Assembly: GCA_000934665.2 (NCBI GenBank)
Contig: KZ537958.1
Location: 62,001 to 126,000 of the forward strand
DNA length: 64,000 bases
Source: Catajapyx aquilonaris
Taxonomy: Eukaryota
Direction of reading: 5' to 3'
Translations under genes and position numbers: made by a program
Part shown: one piece after another, positions 62,001 to 64,000 of the stretch
Position numbering within the stretch: position 1 is the first letter of the stretch
Layout: every line of letters begins with the position of its first letter
Notes under the pieces: model-generated
What the model was told of the DNA's origin: nothing
The model's database searches: none
What the model saw: only the letters and a program-made list of their open reading frames with translations

Positions 62001-62803
62001 TGCTTCCATTGCGTCTAAGCTATTGAGAAAACCAGCGATAATAGCTGAGACTTTCTGCTATCTGATTTCTCCTCCATTTAATGATTTAAATGGCAAAGTA
62101 GCTCCTCGGTTTGCGTTGCTTACAAACGCGGATGCCAAATGCGTAATGACTTCTAAGGAAATTGGTGGAGGAGGTTGTCAATACCAGGTTTCACATCTTT
62201 CTTTTCGGGAAGCAAAATGAGCAAAGTTTTCTCTTCCCGTGTTGTCTGCTCTTTGCCATAATTGGCTTCGGTCGAACTGGGGGTGCGGGGGGTAGGAAGT
62301 TTCCGATGCCAAATGGAGGACACATTTCCTGAGAACCTAGCAAGGAGGTGGAAGTTTGGAGAAAGTATGAAAATTCCACAATGAAACCTAGAGCCGGCAC
62401 CCAACTTTAATAATTGGAAAAACCCCACCAGCCTCTCTACCTCCCTGCGATTATTTCGCTTTCATTTTGAAGAGGCGTGAAAATTGAAAGGAAGCAGTTA
62501 ACAAGAGTAGGAATATATACATTCCCCCCCCCCTCTCTCTCTCTAACTGGTTAGAAAAATTCGCGAGTTAACTCAGGTGCAGTAACTAGATAATGACGAT
62601 GCCGCGTTTCCTTTTTTGGATAACTCGCCCGCCCAGAGAGAGAAATTCCCAGCAGGAGAGAAAACTCATCAGTAGTCAAAACAAGACAGGTGGATATCTT
62701 CCCACAACCTCGGAAATTTCGCCTTGTATCATTAAAAGTCATACACTGCATGAATTTGCAACATTCCATATTCATAATTTCCACAAACAACACTTAACGC
62801 GTA

Positions 62804-62871
<68 letters not shown>
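62804..62871. repeat. (TAT)n microsatellite
   Basis: direct reading. Confidence 0.97.
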
Positions 62872-62872
<1 letters not shown>

Positions 62873-64000
62873 GTGGCACTGTAGGTAGCTTCCTGGTATG
62901 AAAGTTAGCAGGCTTGAATTCATTGGCCTGTTTTCGATTGAAAATGGGATAAAGGGTACTTTTACGGATCGTCTGACGTTGCTGGAAAGAGCGATTACAT
63001 GGCCTGTACTGCATGAAACAGTAACCATTCGACCAAAACTGGGGAAATAGAGGGGTCTCCTACATTTGAGGCCAATAAAAAAAAACGAGGCTCAGGATGG
63101 ATGGGAACCGAAAACCGATGGAAGCAAAAGTGGTTTCTCCCTTTGTATACCTCTGTATCGCATAACCTTCAGCTCCCTTTCGACGTTTTTTGAGCTTTTG
63201 ACGTGAGTAGCACTACCCTCTGAGAATTGATTTCACTTCAACTAGGATGACTCAAATCACATGAGGCGGTGGACAAAGAGACTCACAGGAACTGTCCACA
63301 ACAATTTAGTCATTTGCATTTGGTGCTGAACGACTCAATTCTGAATCATTTGTGACAGTTTGGTCAATTCTGATTAAAATATTAACCCAGATATGCCTGA
63401 ATTATTTTTATTTAATTTTTAAAAATATTTTATGAAGAAATAAAGAACTAACACAATTGAAAATCTAACAATTGTACAAGTGTCCTACATATAGGACGCT
63501 AGTTTATTTTTTGATTTTGATTTATGCACCTGGAACTGCACATTAGTTTTGTACAATATAAGTTTTGCCAAAAAGACCATTTGCAGTATGTAAGGGACAT
63601 GTATCCTTGTGATATACTGCTCAGGCGATGTTACACTGCTATGAAAGAGAAGAAACTTTCTTCTCCCTAAATCGCTTCTTAGCATAAAAATACATTATAC
63701 ATAAAGCGTTTTCGCCCCCCCCCCCCCTTTTTTTCTTGGCTGGATACATGTGGTTTTCTCAGCGGGGCTGGATAAGACGGCAGACTTTGAGCCCCCTGAA
63801 GTCTCCTGATTGGTGTGTTGAGACGAGTTGAAGTGGAAGCTGCGAGTTTTGCTGAAAAGACCCCCTGCTGCCATGCTTGGACTGTTCCTCCACCTCCTTT
63901 TGGTATAGTTTGTGTGTTGGATGAGGACGTCAACCCATCTCTGGCGAGGTTTCATTTTCAGAAGTGCAATGCCGGCCTCCACCAGAACAATGCAAACGGG

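Overview
Eukaryotic (arthropod-type) genomic DNA with spliceosomal GT-AG introns. It is dominated by one + strand Dscam-family gene, Dscam2-like rather than hypervariable Dscam1. I traced it by hand through 28 phase-compatible exons plus one alternative exon (4628-42934). They run from Ig3 through Ig9, FNIII-1 to 4, Ig10, FNIII-5 and 6, one transmembrane exon and five cytoplasmic exons, about 1,710 codons. The signal peptide, Ig1 and Ig2 lie upstream of the window. Ig7 is encoded by two tandem 285-nt exons, a putative mutually exclusive pair, and the 355-nt intron between them can fold into a nested multi-helix hairpin. Other candidates are micro-exons and alternative C-termini, a 5-copy array matching the ecdysone response element consensus, and several non-autonomous DNA transposons (pogo/Tigger-like, and a hAT-like element with a nested Tc1/mariner-like palindrome). 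Near 58-59 kb are the leader exon of another secreted or membrane-protein gene and a possible divergent transcript. Species cannot be determined. All calls are manual, with no database search or RNA evidence.
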